Shown: piece after piece, positions 18,892-29,655 of the stretch
How positions within the stretch are numbered: position 1 is the first letter of the stretch
Layout of the letters: each line of letters begins with the position of its first letter
Origin: Fimbriimonadia bacterium
Lineage (GTDB): Bacteria > Armatimonadota > Fimbriimonadia > Fimbriimonadales > JABRVX01
Assembly (NCBI GenBank): GCA_041483895.1
Contig: JBGPGO010000011.1
Coordinates: 32,001-96,000 of the forward strand
Reading direction: 5' to 3'
DNA: 64,000 bases
Notes under the pieces: model-generated
Told to the model about the DNA's origin: nothing
Seen by the model: the letters and a program-made list of their open reading frames with translations, nothing else
Database searches by the model: none
Made by a program: the position numbers and the translations under genes

Positions 18892-20510
18892 TAGCATATT
18901 TGATCGCCGTCGCACTTGCGGCCAACGTGCAATCACCATTCACCGTCCGAGGCATCAAGGGATTATGGTGGGAGGGGATTGATAAGTATGAAAAGGCGTT
19001 GCCGTGGCTGGCGGAGCATGATCTGAATTTCCTTATGCTCTGCTACAGCTCGTTCAAGGCGAGCGGGGCGGATTGGCGATCCGACTACACAACGGCGGAG
19101 AAGGAGCAGTTCCGCAAGCTGGCGGAGGAGGGGCGGCGCGGCGGCGTAACGGTGTGCCTCTCATTCAATCCCGGCATCTGGAGCAAGCCGGCGCTCACCT
19201 ATTCCAGCGAGGACGACTACGCAATGATCATTGGTAAAGTTCGGTCCATCCATGCGCTTGGCGTTCGCTGGTTCGCGCTCTGTCTCGATGATATCAATAC
19301 GGAACAGCAGCCGAATGACAAGACGAAATTCGGCACGCTGCAGGACGCGCAGGTCTATTTGGTCAATCGTCTGTGGGACGACATGAAAGCAATGACTCCT
19401 CGACCGACGCTGATCTTTTGTCCCAGCGCATACACCACCGAATCGGCGCGGGCGAATATGGCCTACATCAAGCGAATCGGCGATATCGATCCGGATGTGA
19501 TGATGTTTTGGACCGGGCCCGAAGTCCGCTCGCCCAGTATCACCGCGAAGGACGCACAGGAATTTGGAAAGTGGATCAAGCGTAAGCCGTTTGTGTGGGA
19601 CAACTATCCGGTCAATGATGATGGTCCTTGGCGTCCGTATTTGTGCCCATTGAAGAATCGTTCCGCCGATCTGGGCGGGGCGGTGTCCGGGTATTTGGCC
19701 AATCCGATGAAACAGTGGTACGCCTCCACGATTCCGCTCGAATCAACTGCGTCCTACCTCTGTCATCCCTCAGAATATGATCCGAAAAAGGCGCTGGAAT
19801 CTTTATTGACACGATTCGAGCCGAAACAGCGCGAGACTGTGCGTCTATTGGTTAAGTTGTACGGCTCGAAATTCCTGGGCGAGAAAGACTATCCGACGGA
19901 CATTCATAAGGTGCCGAGGGACGAGGCGAAGAACCGGCTTAATGAGTACTACCGGTTGCAGACCCTGTTGCAAGCCGATTCCACGCTTGCCAATCTCTAC
20001 GCCGATGTGCGGCCGACACTCGAGCAGGACATCAGCGATTTGGCGCGGCGAGCCCGCGATCGGGCAAAGGAGTCGCCTCTCAAGGCGATGGGGGACGATT
20101 TTGATGGGGGCGCGGGTTCCGTGTACGGCTATCGCTACTTCGATAGACCCGTCAACTATGTCTATGCGCGCTCGACCGGCAAGAACAGGATGAGCGCCAG
20201 CTTCTATCTTGCTTCGCCAATACCGGCGACGCTGCGATTGACCGCGCGGATGGACGACCGCGACAGCCGGTTTCCAATTAGAATTTCCATTAATGGGCAT
20301 GTGATTGTCGAAGGCGACTCTTCATACGATGGAAAGGGGTTTTCCACGAAGGAGTTCCCCGTCGCCGCTTCCATGTTAAAGAAGGGCGCGAACAGGCTGG
20401 TGATCGAGAACCTTGTTCCGACCGGCGGCCTCGGCATGCCGCCATGGTTTATGGTGTCGGAGGCGGAGTTCGTCATCACCGATGGCCTCCCACGCGGGTC
20501 TTTGTGGTAG
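18888..20510 (+). CDS. GH84 beta-N-acetylglucosaminidase-like protein
   Basis: FALCLDDI (catalytic DD), FCPSAY, FWTGP, VWDNYPVND, LANPM. Confidence 0.85.
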   Translation: MIAYLIAVALAANVQSPFTVRGIKGLWWEGIDKYEKALPWLAEHDLNFLMLCYSSFKASGADWRSDYTTAEKEQFRKLAEEGRRGGVTVCLSFNPGIWSKPALTYSSEDDYAMIIGKVRSIHALGVRWFALCLDDINTEQQPNDKTKFGTLQDAQVYLVNRLWDDMKAMTPRPTLIFCPSAYTTESARANMAYIKRIGDIDPDVMMFWTGPEVRSPSITAKDAQEFGKWIKRKPFVWDNYPVNDDGPWRPYLCPLKNRSADLGGAVSGYLANPMKQWYASTIPLESTASYLCHPSEYDPKKALESLLTRFEPKQRETVRLLVKLYGSKFLGEKDYPTDIHKVPRDEAKNRLNEYYRLQTLLQADSTLANLYADVRPTLEQDISDLARRARDRAKESPLKAMGDDFDGGAGSVYGYRYFDRPVNYVYARSTGKNRMSASFYLASPIPATLRLTARMDDRDSRFPIRISINGHVIVEGDSSYDGKGFSTKEFPVAASMLKKGANRLVIENLVPTGGLGMPPWFMVSEAEFVITDGLPRGSLW

Positions 20511-20620
20511 GTTATAGTTTGGGTAGCGGCAATCTGACCCGCGCCTACAGATAAAGATTCACGCGGGTCTTTGTGGTAGGTTATAGTTTGGGTATCGGAG
20601 ATCTGACCCGCGCCTACAGA
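20491..20620 (-). repeat. REP-like tandem palindromes, family D (2 x 61 bp, GTAG-initiated)
   Basis: CACGCGGGTCTTTGTGGTAGGTTATAGTTTGGGTA..ATCTGACCCGCGCCTACAGA at 20491 and 20560; arms CGCGGGTC/GACCCGCG. Confidence 0.9.
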
Positions 20621-20640
20621 ATTGCAGGAGGTTTTGTTGA

Positions 20641-22104
20641 ATGTTGTTGTTCTTGATCATCACCATATTGCAAACCGCAAAGCCAGCCTTCCAAGATCGC
20701 TCGACCGAAATGGGACTGACCATCGGAGCCGATGCCGCATGCTGGGTGGATATAGACAACGATGGGTGGACGGATTTGATAACATCCGGTGCCGTTTGGA
20801 AGAACGAAAAAGGCAAGAAGTTCACCAAGATCGCCGATGTCGGTTCTGTGGTGGCGGCCGATTTTGACAATGATGGTTTCGTCGATCTGTTCTCATGGTC
20901 ACAGATGAAACTGTATCACAACATCGGCGGCGCCAAATTCGAGCCGATCCCCCTCCCAGAACTGCCACCCACCATTTCTCGCGGCGCGTGCTGGGGCGAT
21001 TTCGACAATGACGGGTTTGTGGATTTGTACATTGGCGGGTTCGAGGATTGGGAGAAGCAGATCGCCTACCCGGACATGATACTCATGAATCAAGGCGGCA
21101 AGTCGTTCAAACTTGCGTGGAGTGAGATCAAGTATCGCGCACGGGGCGTGACGGCGTGCGATTTCGACCGAGATGGCGACGTTGATATCTACGTCTCCAA
21201 CTATCGCCTGCAACCGAATCTATTGTGGATTAATGACGGGACCGGCCACTTCAAAGAGATGGCCGCCGATTACAACGCCGTCGCAACTTCGCCAGGTTTT
21301 CCGGGCGGGCATTCGATTGGGGCATGCTGGGGCGATTTTGATGATGATGGGTTTATGGACCTGTTCGCGGGCAACTTCGCTCACGTAGATGATCGCGGGG
21401 ATCAGCCGAAGTCACGTTTCCTGCGAAACCTGGGTCTCAATAAGGGATTCAAGTTTGAAGATATGGGAACGTGCGGCGTGTTCTATCAGGAGTCGTACGA
21501 CACCCCCGCCGACGGCGACTATGACAACGACGGCGACCTGGACCTTTACTTCACCACCGTCTACCCTATCGCGTCGTTCAACAGACCGAACCATCCCGTG
21601 CTGTATCGAAACGATGGGAAGTTTGTGTTCGCGGATGCGACGGCCTCAGCGGGGTTGGCCGGCCTACCCACAACCACACAGGCGGCATGGGCGGACTTCG
21701 ATAACGATGGAGACCTGGATCTGGTGACTGGGGGCAAGCTGTTCGTCAACCAAGGAAATGGCAATCACTGGCTGGAGGTCCGCCTGCATGGCGATGGACA
21801 CATTGTCAATCGGTCCGCCATCGGCGCGCAGGTGCGAATCAAGCTAAAAGGGAAAACCCTGACGCGGCAGGTAGAGTCCGGGACGGGCGAAGGCAATCAG
21901 AATGATCTGCGGCTGCACTTCGGTCTTGGCGACACCAAGGGCAAAGTTGATTTGGAGATTTTGTGGCCCGGCGGCCATCTGCAGCGAGTTCAAAACGTCA
22001 AGATAGATCGAATCACGGATGTGGATTTGCATGTTTCCGCGCCAAAAAGTACACGACCGGAACCCGTGCCTCCGACCGTGCGACCAAGGCATGGAGGAGG
22101 CTAG
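20641..22104 (+). CDS. CRTAC1-like FG-GAP repeat protein with ASPIC/UnbV domain
   Basis: Multiple WGDFDNDGxxDL repeats; NRSAIGAQVRI...LHFGLG...LEILWPGG. Confidence 0.9.
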   Translation: MLLFLIITILQTAKPAFQDRSTEMGLTIGADAACWVDIDNDGWTDLITSGAVWKNEKGKKFTKIADVGSVVAADFDNDGFVDLFSWSQMKLYHNIGGAKFEPIPLPELPPTISRGACWGDFDNDGFVDLYIGGFEDWEKQIAYPDMILMNQGGKSFKLAWSEIKYRARGVTACDFDRDGDVDIYVSNYRLQPNLLWINDGTGHFKEMAADYNAVATSPGFPGGHSIGACWGDFDDDGFMDLFAGNFAHVDDRGDQPKSRFLRNLGLNKGFKFEDMGTCGVFYQESYDTPADGDYDNDGDLDLYFTTVYPIASFNRPNHPVLYRNDGKFVFADATASAGLAGLPTTTQAAWADFDNDGDLDLVTGGKLFVNQGNGNHWLEVRLHGDGHIVNRSAIGAQVRIKLKGKTLTRQVESGTGEGNQNDLRLHFGLGDTKGKVDLEILWPGGHLQRVQNVKIDRITDVDLHVSAPKSTRPEPVPPTVRPRHGGG

Positions 22105-23048
22105 GGGATTGGGATCGCGTTCTTGTTCGCCTCCAGCCACTGGGCGAATGTCTGGAGCTTCGGGTTTAGCTCTCGCGAAAACGCGATGCTCCGCGCGCCG
22201 CAGTAGTAGTCGTTGAAATCGCGCTTGAACTGGAACATATTTCCCAAATCTTCCGCGCCGGGGAAACCGAGCGCCCGGTAAGCATCCGGCGATATCGGAT
22301 AAAAGCCGACCTCGCGCCCAATCGCTTTCGTGAACGCCGCCGCCATCTCCACCCCGCTCAGGTGCTCGCCCGCGATGCCGACGGTCTTGCCGATAAATTC
22401 CGGCCGTTTGAAAATGCTATATGGGCAACCGCCTATGTCTCCCGCCGCGATTCCGGGCAGCTTCTTATCATCCATGGGGAACGCAATCATCAGTTTTCCG
22501 TCCGGCCCGGGCTGCGGCCCCATGCCGAAGTGGATGAAGTTGTCCCAGTAGAAGGAGGTCAGTAGGAACGTTGTCGGCACGCCCATGTCCCGGAAGAATT
22601 GGTCTGACTGGCCCTTCGCATCAAGATGCGGGACCTTGTATTCGCCCATCAGGGTCGGCATGCTGCTGTCGCTCAAGGGGACCCATTTTCGGGTGTCTTC
22701 CAGCGTGGACCAGATGGCGTGCCGGACGCCGCTGTCCTTCGCCGCTTGCGCCATGTTCCTTGCCGAAGCCGTCTCGGCGTCCGGCGAGCAGTGCGCCCAA
22801 AAGAATGTGACGCAATAGGCGCCATACGCGCCTTCGAACGCCTTTCGTAGGCTCGCGACGTCGTCCACGTCCCCCTGCACAACCTCCGCGCCGCGCGCCG
22901 ACAACTGCCGAGCCTTTTCGGAATTTGGATCCCTTGTGACGGCGCGCACGGCAAATCCGCCGGTTGGATCGTTAAGGATCGCATCTGCCACACCGCCGCC
23001 CTGCGCGCCTGTCGCACCGACGACCGCGATTACTTTTTTATCAGCCAT
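22101..23048 (-). CDS. NmrA/HSCARG family NAD(P)-binding protein
   Basis: VVGATGAQGGGVA, VRAVTRDPNS, VPHLDAKG. Confidence 0.9.
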   Translation of the reverse strand: MADKKVIAVVGATGAQGGGVADAILNDPTGGFAVRAVTRDPNSEKARQLSARGAEVVQGDVDDVASLRKAFEGAYGAYCVTFFWAHCSPDAETASARNMAQAAKDSGVRHAIWSTLEDTRKWVPLSDSSMPTLMGEYKVPHLDAKGQSDQFFRDMGVPTTFLLTSFYWDNFIHFGMGPQPGPDGKLMIAFPMDDKKLPGIAAGDIGGCPYSIFKRPEFIGKTVGIAGEHLSGVEMAAAFTKAIGREVGFYPISPDAYRALGFPGAEDLGNMFQFKRDFNDYYCGARSIAFSRELNPKLQTFAQWLEANKNAIPIP

Positions 23049-23068
23049 TCCACTCCCCTCGCATTAGA

Positions 23069-24574
23069 TTACTGCATCAGGTCTTCGACAACGTGCCCGT
23101 GGACATCGGTGAGTCGAAAATCACGTCCCTGGTACGGGATGGACAGGAGCTTGTGGTCTACGCCCATCAGCCACAGCAGCGTCGCTTGCAGATCATGAAC
23201 GTGGACCGCGCCATTGGTGAAATCCTGCTTGGTCGGTTCCATCGCGTTGCCGTCCGGATCGGCGATGTTGTAGCCATAGTCGTCCGTTCGTCCGTAGGTC
23301 GTTCCCGCCTTCACGCCCCCGCCCGCCATGAACACGGTGAAGCAGCGCGGATGGTGGTCGCGGCCGAAGACGGCAGGCTCCAGCGGACCCTGCGAGTAGC
23401 TGGTGCGCCCGAACTCGCCGCCCCACACAATCAGCGTGTCTTCCAGCATTCCTAAACGCTTGAGGTCCTTGATAAGCGCGGCGGTCGGTTGGTCCGTGTC
23501 TTTGCATTGGACCGATATTCCGCTGACCAGGCTGCCATGCTGATCCCAGCCTTGGTGATACAGTTGGATAAAGCGGACTCCTTTTTGCGCCATTCGGCGG
23601 GCGAGGAGGCAGTTGGCGGCAAAGGTGCCCGGCTTCCGCGAATCCGGTCCGTACAACTCAAATACTTCGTTCGGCTCTTTGCTGAGATCGGTGACATCGG
23701 GGACGCTTGTCTGCATTTTATAGGCCATTTCGTATTGGGCGATTCGGCTCTCGATTTCGGGATCGAGCTCCTTTTCATATTCGTGCCGATTCAATTCGCT
23801 CAATCGATCCAGCATCGCCCTGCGACCCGAGCCGCAGATTCCATCGGGGTTGGACAGATACAGAACCGGTTCTTTGCCCGCGCGGAATCGCACGCCCTGA
23901 TATCGGGAGTCCAAGAAACCGCTTCCCCATAACCTGGAGTAGAGCGGCTGGTCGCCCTTGCCGACGCTTGCGAGCACGACGAAGGTGGGCAGGTCTTCGT
24001 TCATCGTACCGAGGCCGTAGGAGACCCATGAACCGAACGAGGGTCGGCCGGCGATCTGGCTGCCGGTCTGGAAAAACGTGATTGCGGGATCGTGATTGAT
24101 CGCTTCAGTGAACATGGACTTGACGAAGCAGAGATCGTCGGCCACGCCGGCGATATTTGGAAGGATCTCGCTGAGCCAGGCCCCTCCCTGTCCGTGTTGG
24201 GCGAACTTGAACGGCGAGCCGGCGAGGGGAATGACGCTTTGGTGCGCGCTCATAGTGGTGAGGCGCTGGCCGTGCCGGACGGCTTCCGGGAGCGGCTGGC
24301 CGTGCATTTTGTTGAGGAGCGGCTTGTAGTCGAACAGGTCCTGTTGCGCGGGCCCGCCTGCCTGGAAGAGGTAGATAATCCTCTTGGCCTTTGCGGGATG
24401 GTGGAGCTTGCCCAGGACCCCGTTGACCTTTGTATCGTCGCCGAGTACCCAGCTTGGCATGAGGGATGCCAGGGCAAGCGCCCCAAACCCCTGCGCGGCC
24501 CGGCCAAAGAACTCCCGTCGGGTGAGGCCGACGAGGTCGTCAATCCTCATTCGTTTGTCTTCAGGTCTCATCAC
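23069..24574 (-). CDS. DUF1501 family protein (Tat-exported)
   Basis: TRREFF; AKRIIYLFQAGGP; INHDPA; WGGEFGRT; GRDHHP. Confidence 0.92.
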   Translation of the reverse strand: MMRPEDKRMRIDDLVGLTRREFFGRAAQGFGALALASLMPSWVLGDDTKVNGVLGKLHHPAKAKRIIYLFQAGGPAQQDLFDYKPLLNKMHGQPLPEAVRHGQRLTTMSAHQSVIPLAGSPFKFAQHGQGGAWLSEILPNIAGVADDLCFVKSMFTEAINHDPAITFFQTGSQIAGRPSFGSWVSYGLGTMNEDLPTFVVLASVGKGDQPLYSRLWGSGFLDSRYQGVRFRAGKEPVLYLSNPDGICGSGRRAMLDRLSELNRHEYEKELDPEIESRIAQYEMAYKMQTSVPDVTDLSKEPNEVFELYGPDSRKPGTFAANCLLARRMAQKGVRFIQLYHQGWDQHGSLVSGISVQCKDTDQPTAALIKDLKRLGMLEDTLIVWGGEFGRTSYSQGPLEPAVFGRDHHPRCFTVFMAGGGVKAGTTYGRTDDYGYNIADPDGNAMEPTKQDFTNGAVHVHDLQATLLWLMGVDHKLLSIPYQGRDFRLTDVHGHVVEDLMQ

Positions 24575-24575
24575 T

Positions 24576-27500
24576 TCACCGTTTCCATATTACCGCGTCG
24601 GAATTCATAACCGTTTGCACCATGACCGTCATCGCCGCAAGTTCAACGGGGTTCAGCGCCGAGTCCGCCTTGGAATCGCCGAAGGAGATCAGTCTGCGGG
24701 CAGAATCGGGGTCCAATCGAAACTGTCGCCGCTGCTCAATAAAAGTTTGCATAAGGAGCACGGACTCCCTGGCGTCCGGCGAGCGCCCCGCCAGCCGGAC
24801 GAATACGGTCTTGATCCGTGCCGCGTCCCCAGTGTTCATCTGCAACACGCGTTCGGCAAGCACACGGGCGGCTTCGACAAACTGCACATCGTTGAGAAGT
24901 ACGAGCGCTTGCAGCGGCGTGTTTGTCGTGGGGCGGCGCACGGTACAGGCTTCCCGCGAATTGGCGTCGAAAATCAGCATGCTGGGGACCGGGGAGGTGC
25001 GTTTCCACGTCGAGTAGATGCTTCGCCGATACAGCTCGGTCCCGGTGCTCTGGACAAACTGCGGTGTCATGCCGTTGTTCTCCGTCCAGATGCCGGCGGG
25101 CTGGTAGGCGTTGACCGGCGGTCCACCCATCTTGGGATTGAGAAGACCCGAAGCGGCCAGCACGGTGTCGCGCACCATTTCCGCGGACAGTCGCAGACTC
25201 GGTCCGCGCGCATAAAGCCGGTTCAATGGATCAGCGTCAATGAGCTTCTTCGTCCTCACGCTATCCTGCCGATAGGTGGAAGACAATACGATTTCACGTA
25301 TCAATTCCTTGACGTTCCAGCCGGAATCAATGAAGTGACGGGCAAGATAGTCGAGCAGTTCCGGGTGCGTCGGTCGCGATCCCTGAATGCCAAAGTTTTC
25401 GCTTGTCTCGACAAGGCCGACGCCGAACAGCATTTGCCAAATCCGATTGACCGCGACGCGGGCTGTCAGAGGATTATCCGGCCTGGTGACCCACTTTGCG
25501 AGGGCCAGGCGATCGTTGCGAGTGGTCGACCCCAACGCCGGCAGGGACTTCGGCACGCCTCGCGTCACACGATTTTCCGCTGTTCGCGGAGCGTCATATT
25601 GTCCCCGCCGCAAAACGTATGCGGGATTTGGTGTGGGCGCATCTTGCATCACGGATATCTCCATGATGCCCTCTTCGAAATTAGCGAGATCGGTCTGCGC
25701 TTTTTGCACGGCGGCTTGCGCGGACCTGGCCTGTTCATCCAGCGCTGAGATGTAATACTCGCGAAGACCTATTGCGGGTGATTTTAGGACCGCGGTAAGC
25801 GGCACGCCGTCATATAATTGGGTGATCTCCAAGGGACTCAGCGCACGCTGCGCGAACGTCAGCTCATCCAGCTTGCCGCCCTTGAACCCGGCGTCCCGAA
25901 ATCGCTGACCAAACGCCCAATCGCCGCCGCTGGGACCGAGGTCCCCGTACCCATTGATCTTCTTCCAAAGTTGGTCGACAATGATAGTGGTCTTTGCGGG
26001 GCGGCCGTCTATGTATAGCTGTAGGCCTGCCGCTCGTCCGCTGCCGTCCCACGACCAGCCGATGTGCGACCATGCGCTCTTTGGCACCTGACTCTGGGTG
26101 CGGATCGCCACCGCATTCCCGGGCCAATGCCGCATGACTCGCGCGGTCAGATAGCCGTTTTCCAGCATCAGATCGAAGCCGCAAAAACCGACGTCCGTTC
26201 CTCCGGTGCGATGCAGCAGAACCACCGGTCCGGTCTGCCGCGGGTCTGCAATCCAAAACGACCAGGTGAACGCCTCCCAGCGCTCTTTCGCCGGCAATCC
26301 ACGCACAGTGATTCCGTTGTCGCCGTCGAATTCCACGGCTTTCCCACTCTTGCCCGGCACCAGCTCGACATTTCCGAGCTTTGCCCCAAACGCCTTGCCG
26401 ACGCTGCTGGGAAACTTGTCGGCATCGATTGTGTCCAAAGAAATGTGGGCGACAACATCGGGGGTCTCCGCGCGAACGGGCCTGCCTGCCAACCAGTGTT
26501 TGTAGCGCGGTTCGGCGTCCTTTCCGGCTTGGTCGCGGGCGCGCAGAGCGGCGTCAGATTCCGAACGCAGTTTGCCGAGCTTTGCTTCCTGCTCAGGTGT
26601 CGGCAAGAGCAGCGAAGGGGTGGGCACGATCTCCGAGCTCAGCAGAAGGCCATATTCGTTGATCGAGTTGAAGTATGCGTAGAACTGGTAGTACTCCCTT
26701 TGCGTTATCGGATCGAATTTATGATCGTGGCAGCGGGCGCAGCCGACGGTCAGCCCAAGCATTGCCGTGCCAAACGTATCCACTCGATCTACCGCATATT
26801 CATTCTTGAACTCCGCGGCTATCGAACCACCCTCGTTCGATTGTCGGTGCAACCGGTTAAACGCGGTCGCAAGCCTCTGATCCCGCGTCGGTGAAGGCAG
26901 CAGATCACCCGCAAGTTGATTCATGAGAAACTGATTGTATGGCAGATTTTCGTTGAACGATTTGACGACCCAATCGCGATACGGCCACGTCGGCATCAGC
27001 AGATCGGACTGGTAGCCATAGCTGTCGGAATAGCGCGCGGCGTCGAGCCAATCGACGGAGATCCGTTCGCCATAGTGCGGACTTGCCAATAGCCGATCCA
27101 CAACGCGTTCATAGGCGTTGGCGCCGGTATCGGCCAGAAATGCCGCAATCTCATCTTCCGTAGGTGGAAGCCCGGTGAGATCGTAGGTGGCGCGCCGCAG
27201 CCATCGCTCTCTTGGCGCGGGTGGACTTGGCGAAAGATTCTCGCGAATCAAACGAGCGAGCACAAATCGATCGATATCGTTGCGGGGCCAATTGCTTTTG
27301 ACGTTCGGCACCGGGACGGAAGCGGGAAGCGATTCGAACGACCATAGCTTGCCGTAGTGCGCGCCTTCCGCGATCCATTGCGTAATCGTCGCAATCTCTT
27401 CCTTGCTGAGAGTCTTCCCGCTAAAGGTCGGCGGCATCTCATGAGCTGTAATCCGTTTCACGACGAGGCTCTTGCTCGGTTGCCCTGGGACGATGGGCCA

Positions 27501-27737
27501 TTTGCCGCCGCGATCCGCGAAGGCTCCTTCCGGCGAATCGAGCCGCATATTCACCATGCGGCTCTCCGAATCGGGGCCGTGACACTTGAAGCACTTGTCC
27601 GAGAGAATGGGAAGTATGTCGCGCGAAAAGCTGATCTTAGCCGGAGCGGCCTGCACGGCGTTAAACGCCGATGTTGTCAGCCAACTCATGCCGACAACCA
27701 GCAAAAAGAGCGTGGAGACCCCGCGACCGACCTTCAT
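24576..27737 (-). CDS. Planctomycete cytochrome c / DUF1549 / LamG / DUF1553 protein
   Basis: CFKCHG, CARCHDHKFDP, LamG-like WSHIGWSWDG...[22 protein letters not shown]; start placed at ATG 27737. Confidence 0.92.
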   Translation of the reverse strand: MKVGRGVSTLFLLVVGMSWLTTSAFNAVQAAPAKISFSRDILPILSDKCFKCHGPDSESRMVNMRLDSPEGAFADRGGKWPIVPGQPSKSLVVKRITAHEMPPTFSGKTLSKEEIATITQWIAEGAHYGKLWSFESLPASVPVPNVKSNWPRNDIDRFVLARLIRENLSPSPPAPRERWLRRATYDLTGLPPTEDEIAAFLADTGANAYERVVDRLLASPHYGERISVDWLDAARYSDSYGYQSDLLMPTWPYRDWVVKSFNENLPYNQFLMNQLAGDLLPSPTRDQRLATAFNRLHRQSNEGGSIAAEFKNEYAVDRVDTFGTAMLGLTVGCARCHDHKFDPITQREYYQFYAYFNSINEYGLLLSSEIVPTPSLLLPTPEQEAKLGKLRSESDAALRARDQAGKDAEPRYKHWLAGRPVRAETPDVVAHISLDTIDADKFPSSVGKAFGAKLGNVELVPGKSGKAVEFDGDNGITVRGLPAKERWEAFTWSFWIADPRQTGPVVLLHRTGGTDVGFCGFDLMLENGYLTARVMRHWPGNAVAIRTQSQVPKSAWSHIGWSWDGSGRAAGLQLYIDGRPAKTTIIVDQLWKKINGYGDLGPSGGDWAFGQRFRDAGFKGGKLDELTFAQRALSPLEITQLYDGVPLTAVLKSPAIGLREYYISALDEQARSAQAAVQKAQTDLANFEEGIMEISVMQDAPTPNPAYVLRRGQYDAPRTAENRVTRGVPKSLPALGSTTRNDRLALAKWVTRPDNPLTARVAVNRIWQMLFGVGLVETSENFGIQGSRPTHPELLDYLARHFIDSGWNVKELIREIVLSSTYRQDSVRTKKLIDADPLNRLYARGPSLRLSAEMVRDTVLAASGLLNPKMGGPPVNAYQPAGIWTENNGMTPQFVQSTGTELYRRSIYSTWKRTSPVPSMLIFDANSREACTVRRPTTNTPLQALVLLNDVQFVEAARVLAERVLQMNTGDAARIKTVFVRLAGRSPDARESVLLMQTFIEQRRQFRLDPDSARRLISFGDSKADSALNPVELAAMTVMVQTVMNSDAVIWKR

Positions 27738-27808
27738 GCCCACTAGGTTACCGAATCTTGAGCGATCATTGCGAATGGCTCCCATTCCGTCTATGTCACA
27801 ATGAGCGG

Positions 27809-29599
27809 GTGCACTCCACGTCTCAGCAAGCAGGGCTCCGCAGGCTATGGCGTTATGCCCGCCCTCACCGCAGCCAAGTAATCTTCGCCACCACGTACAC
27901 CACGCTCGGCAAGGTGATGGACGTTGTGCCGGAGGTTCTGATCGGGGCGGTGATCGATGTCATTGTCCGTGGAAATGACTCGTTCGTTGCCACGCAGTTT
28001 GGAATTGGGGATCGGTGGCATCAACTGCTGGCGCTTGCGGCGGCCAATGTCATTGCATGGATATTGGAGTCAGTATTCGGTTACCTGTCGTTGATCACAT
28101 GGCGAAATCTCTCGCAAACAATCGAGCATGAGCTGCGCCTGGACCTGTACCGCCACGTGCAGACGTTGGAGGTGGCATGGTTCGAAGACCGGACGAGCGG
28201 CGGACTGCTCAGTATTCTCAATGATGATATCAATCAGCTGGAACGGTTCCTCGATGGCGGCGCGAGCTCGATCATAACTTTGTTCTGGAACATAATCCTC
28301 GTCGGCGCGGTTTTCGCCGCAAGCTCGCTCCTCGTTACTGTCTTGGCCTTTCTGCCCATTCCTATCATTGTTTACGGATCAATTCTCTATCAGCGAAGGC
28401 TGCAGCCGTTATATGGCAGGGTCCGGGAAGCGGTTTCGGAACTGAGCTCGACAATGAGCACGAATCTGGGCGGCATTACCACCATCAAGGCCTTTACCGC
28501 GGAGGCGCGCGAGTCCGAGCGGGTAGGCGGTGTTTCTGATGACTATCGGTTGGCGAATCGCGATGCGATCCGATATTCCTCCGCCTTTGTCCCGCTGATC
28601 CGCATGGCGATTCTGACCGGCTTTAGCTGCACATTGGTTGTCGGCGGCTGGTTGGTTCTGCACCGTCAGATGGAGGTCGGCATCTACTCGGTGCTCGTCT
28701 TTATGACCCAACGATTGCTGTGGCCGATGACATCGCTTGGCGAGACATTGGACCAATACCAGCGCGCGATGGCATCGACACGGCGCATATTCGGACTGCT
28801 GGAGATTCGGCCCACGATGCAGGAGGGTTTCAAGCCGCTGGCGGAACCGATTCGCGGAGAGATCTGTCTTAGGGATGTGTCGTTTGGCTATGGCGACGGC
28901 GTGGATATTCTTAACGGGATCAATATCACCATTCCCGCAGGAGAATCGCATGCGATTGTGGGCGCGACCGGGGCAGGAAAATCCACGATCGTTCGCCTGC
29001 TCTTGCGGTTTCACGATCCGCGCGTCGGCACTGTTTCGATTGACGATCAGGACCTGCGCACGCTCAGCTATTCCAGTCTTCGCGGGGCGATCGGCTATGT
29101 CAGCCAGGATGTGTTTCTCTTTCATGGCACCGTGGCGGACAACATCGCTTACGGGCGGCCCGGAGTTACCGATGAGGAGATCAGAGAAGCGGCGCGGTCG
29201 GCGGAGGCGCATGAGTTTATCCTCGACCTGCCGAACGGCTACAATACCGTCGTGGGCGAACGGGGTCAGAAGCTGTCGGGCGGCCAGAGGCAGAGGCTGT
29301 CGCTTGCGCGCGCCATCATCCGCGATCCGGCCATCTTGGTCTTGGACGAAGCCACGTCGGCTGTGGACAACGAGACGGAGGCGGCTATACAGCGGTCCCT
29401 TGCGCGGGTGACGAAGGGCCGGACTTCGGTCGTCATCGCGCACCGACTCTCAACCGTGCGCGACGCACACAAGATTTGGGTGTTGGAGGCGGGCCGGGTT
29501 ATCGAATCGGGGACCCATGACGAACTGGTTGCAAGGTCAGGTCTCTACGCCGCTTTGTGGCGGGTCCAGACCGGCGAGCTGATGCACGCAGCGAAATGA
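27809..29599 (+). CDS. ABC transporter, fused permease/ATP-binding (MsbA/MdlB type exporter)
   Basis: N-terminal TM domain; GATGAGKST, LSGGQRQR, LVLDEATS, IAHRLST; GTG start at 27809 inferred. Confidence 0.92.
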   Translation: MHSTSQQAGLRRLWRYARPHRSQVIFATTYTTLGKVMDVVPEVLIGAVIDVIVRGNDSFVATQFGIGDRWHQLLALAAANVIAWILESVFGYLSLITWRNLSQTIEHELRLDLYRHVQTLEVAWFEDRTSGGLLSILNDDINQLERFLDGGASSIITLFWNIILVGAVFAASSLLVTVLAFLPIPIIVYGSILYQRRLQPLYGRVREAVSELSSTMSTNLGGITTIKAFTAEARESERVGGVSDDYRLANRDAIRYSSAFVPLIRMAILTGFSCTLVVGGWLVLHRQMEVGIYSVLVFMTQRLLWPMTSLGETLDQYQRAMASTRRIFGLLEIRPTMQEGFKPLAEPIRGEICLRDVSFGYGDGVDILNGINITIPAGESHAIVGATGAGKSTIVRLLLRFHDPRVGTVSIDDQDLRTLSYSSLRGAIGYVSQDVFLFHGTVADNIAYGRPGVTDEEIREAARSAEAHEFILDLPNGYNTVVGERGQKLSGGQRQRLSLARAIIRDPAILVLDEATSAVDNETEAAIQRSLARVTKGRTSVVIAHRLSTVRDAHKIWVLEAGRVIESGTHDELVARSGLYAALWRVQTGELMHAAK

Positions 29600-29655
29600 A
29601 TCACGTGCGCCTTCTGGTGCTCAGATTGCCTAAGAGCACGATGCACGCCTGCCGG

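Noticed and set aside
24384..25748. Long antisense ORFs (also 10776-11825, 28409-29443, 52572-53549, 56911-57906)
   Set aside because: Shadow frames of well-supported genes, expected in high-GC DNA
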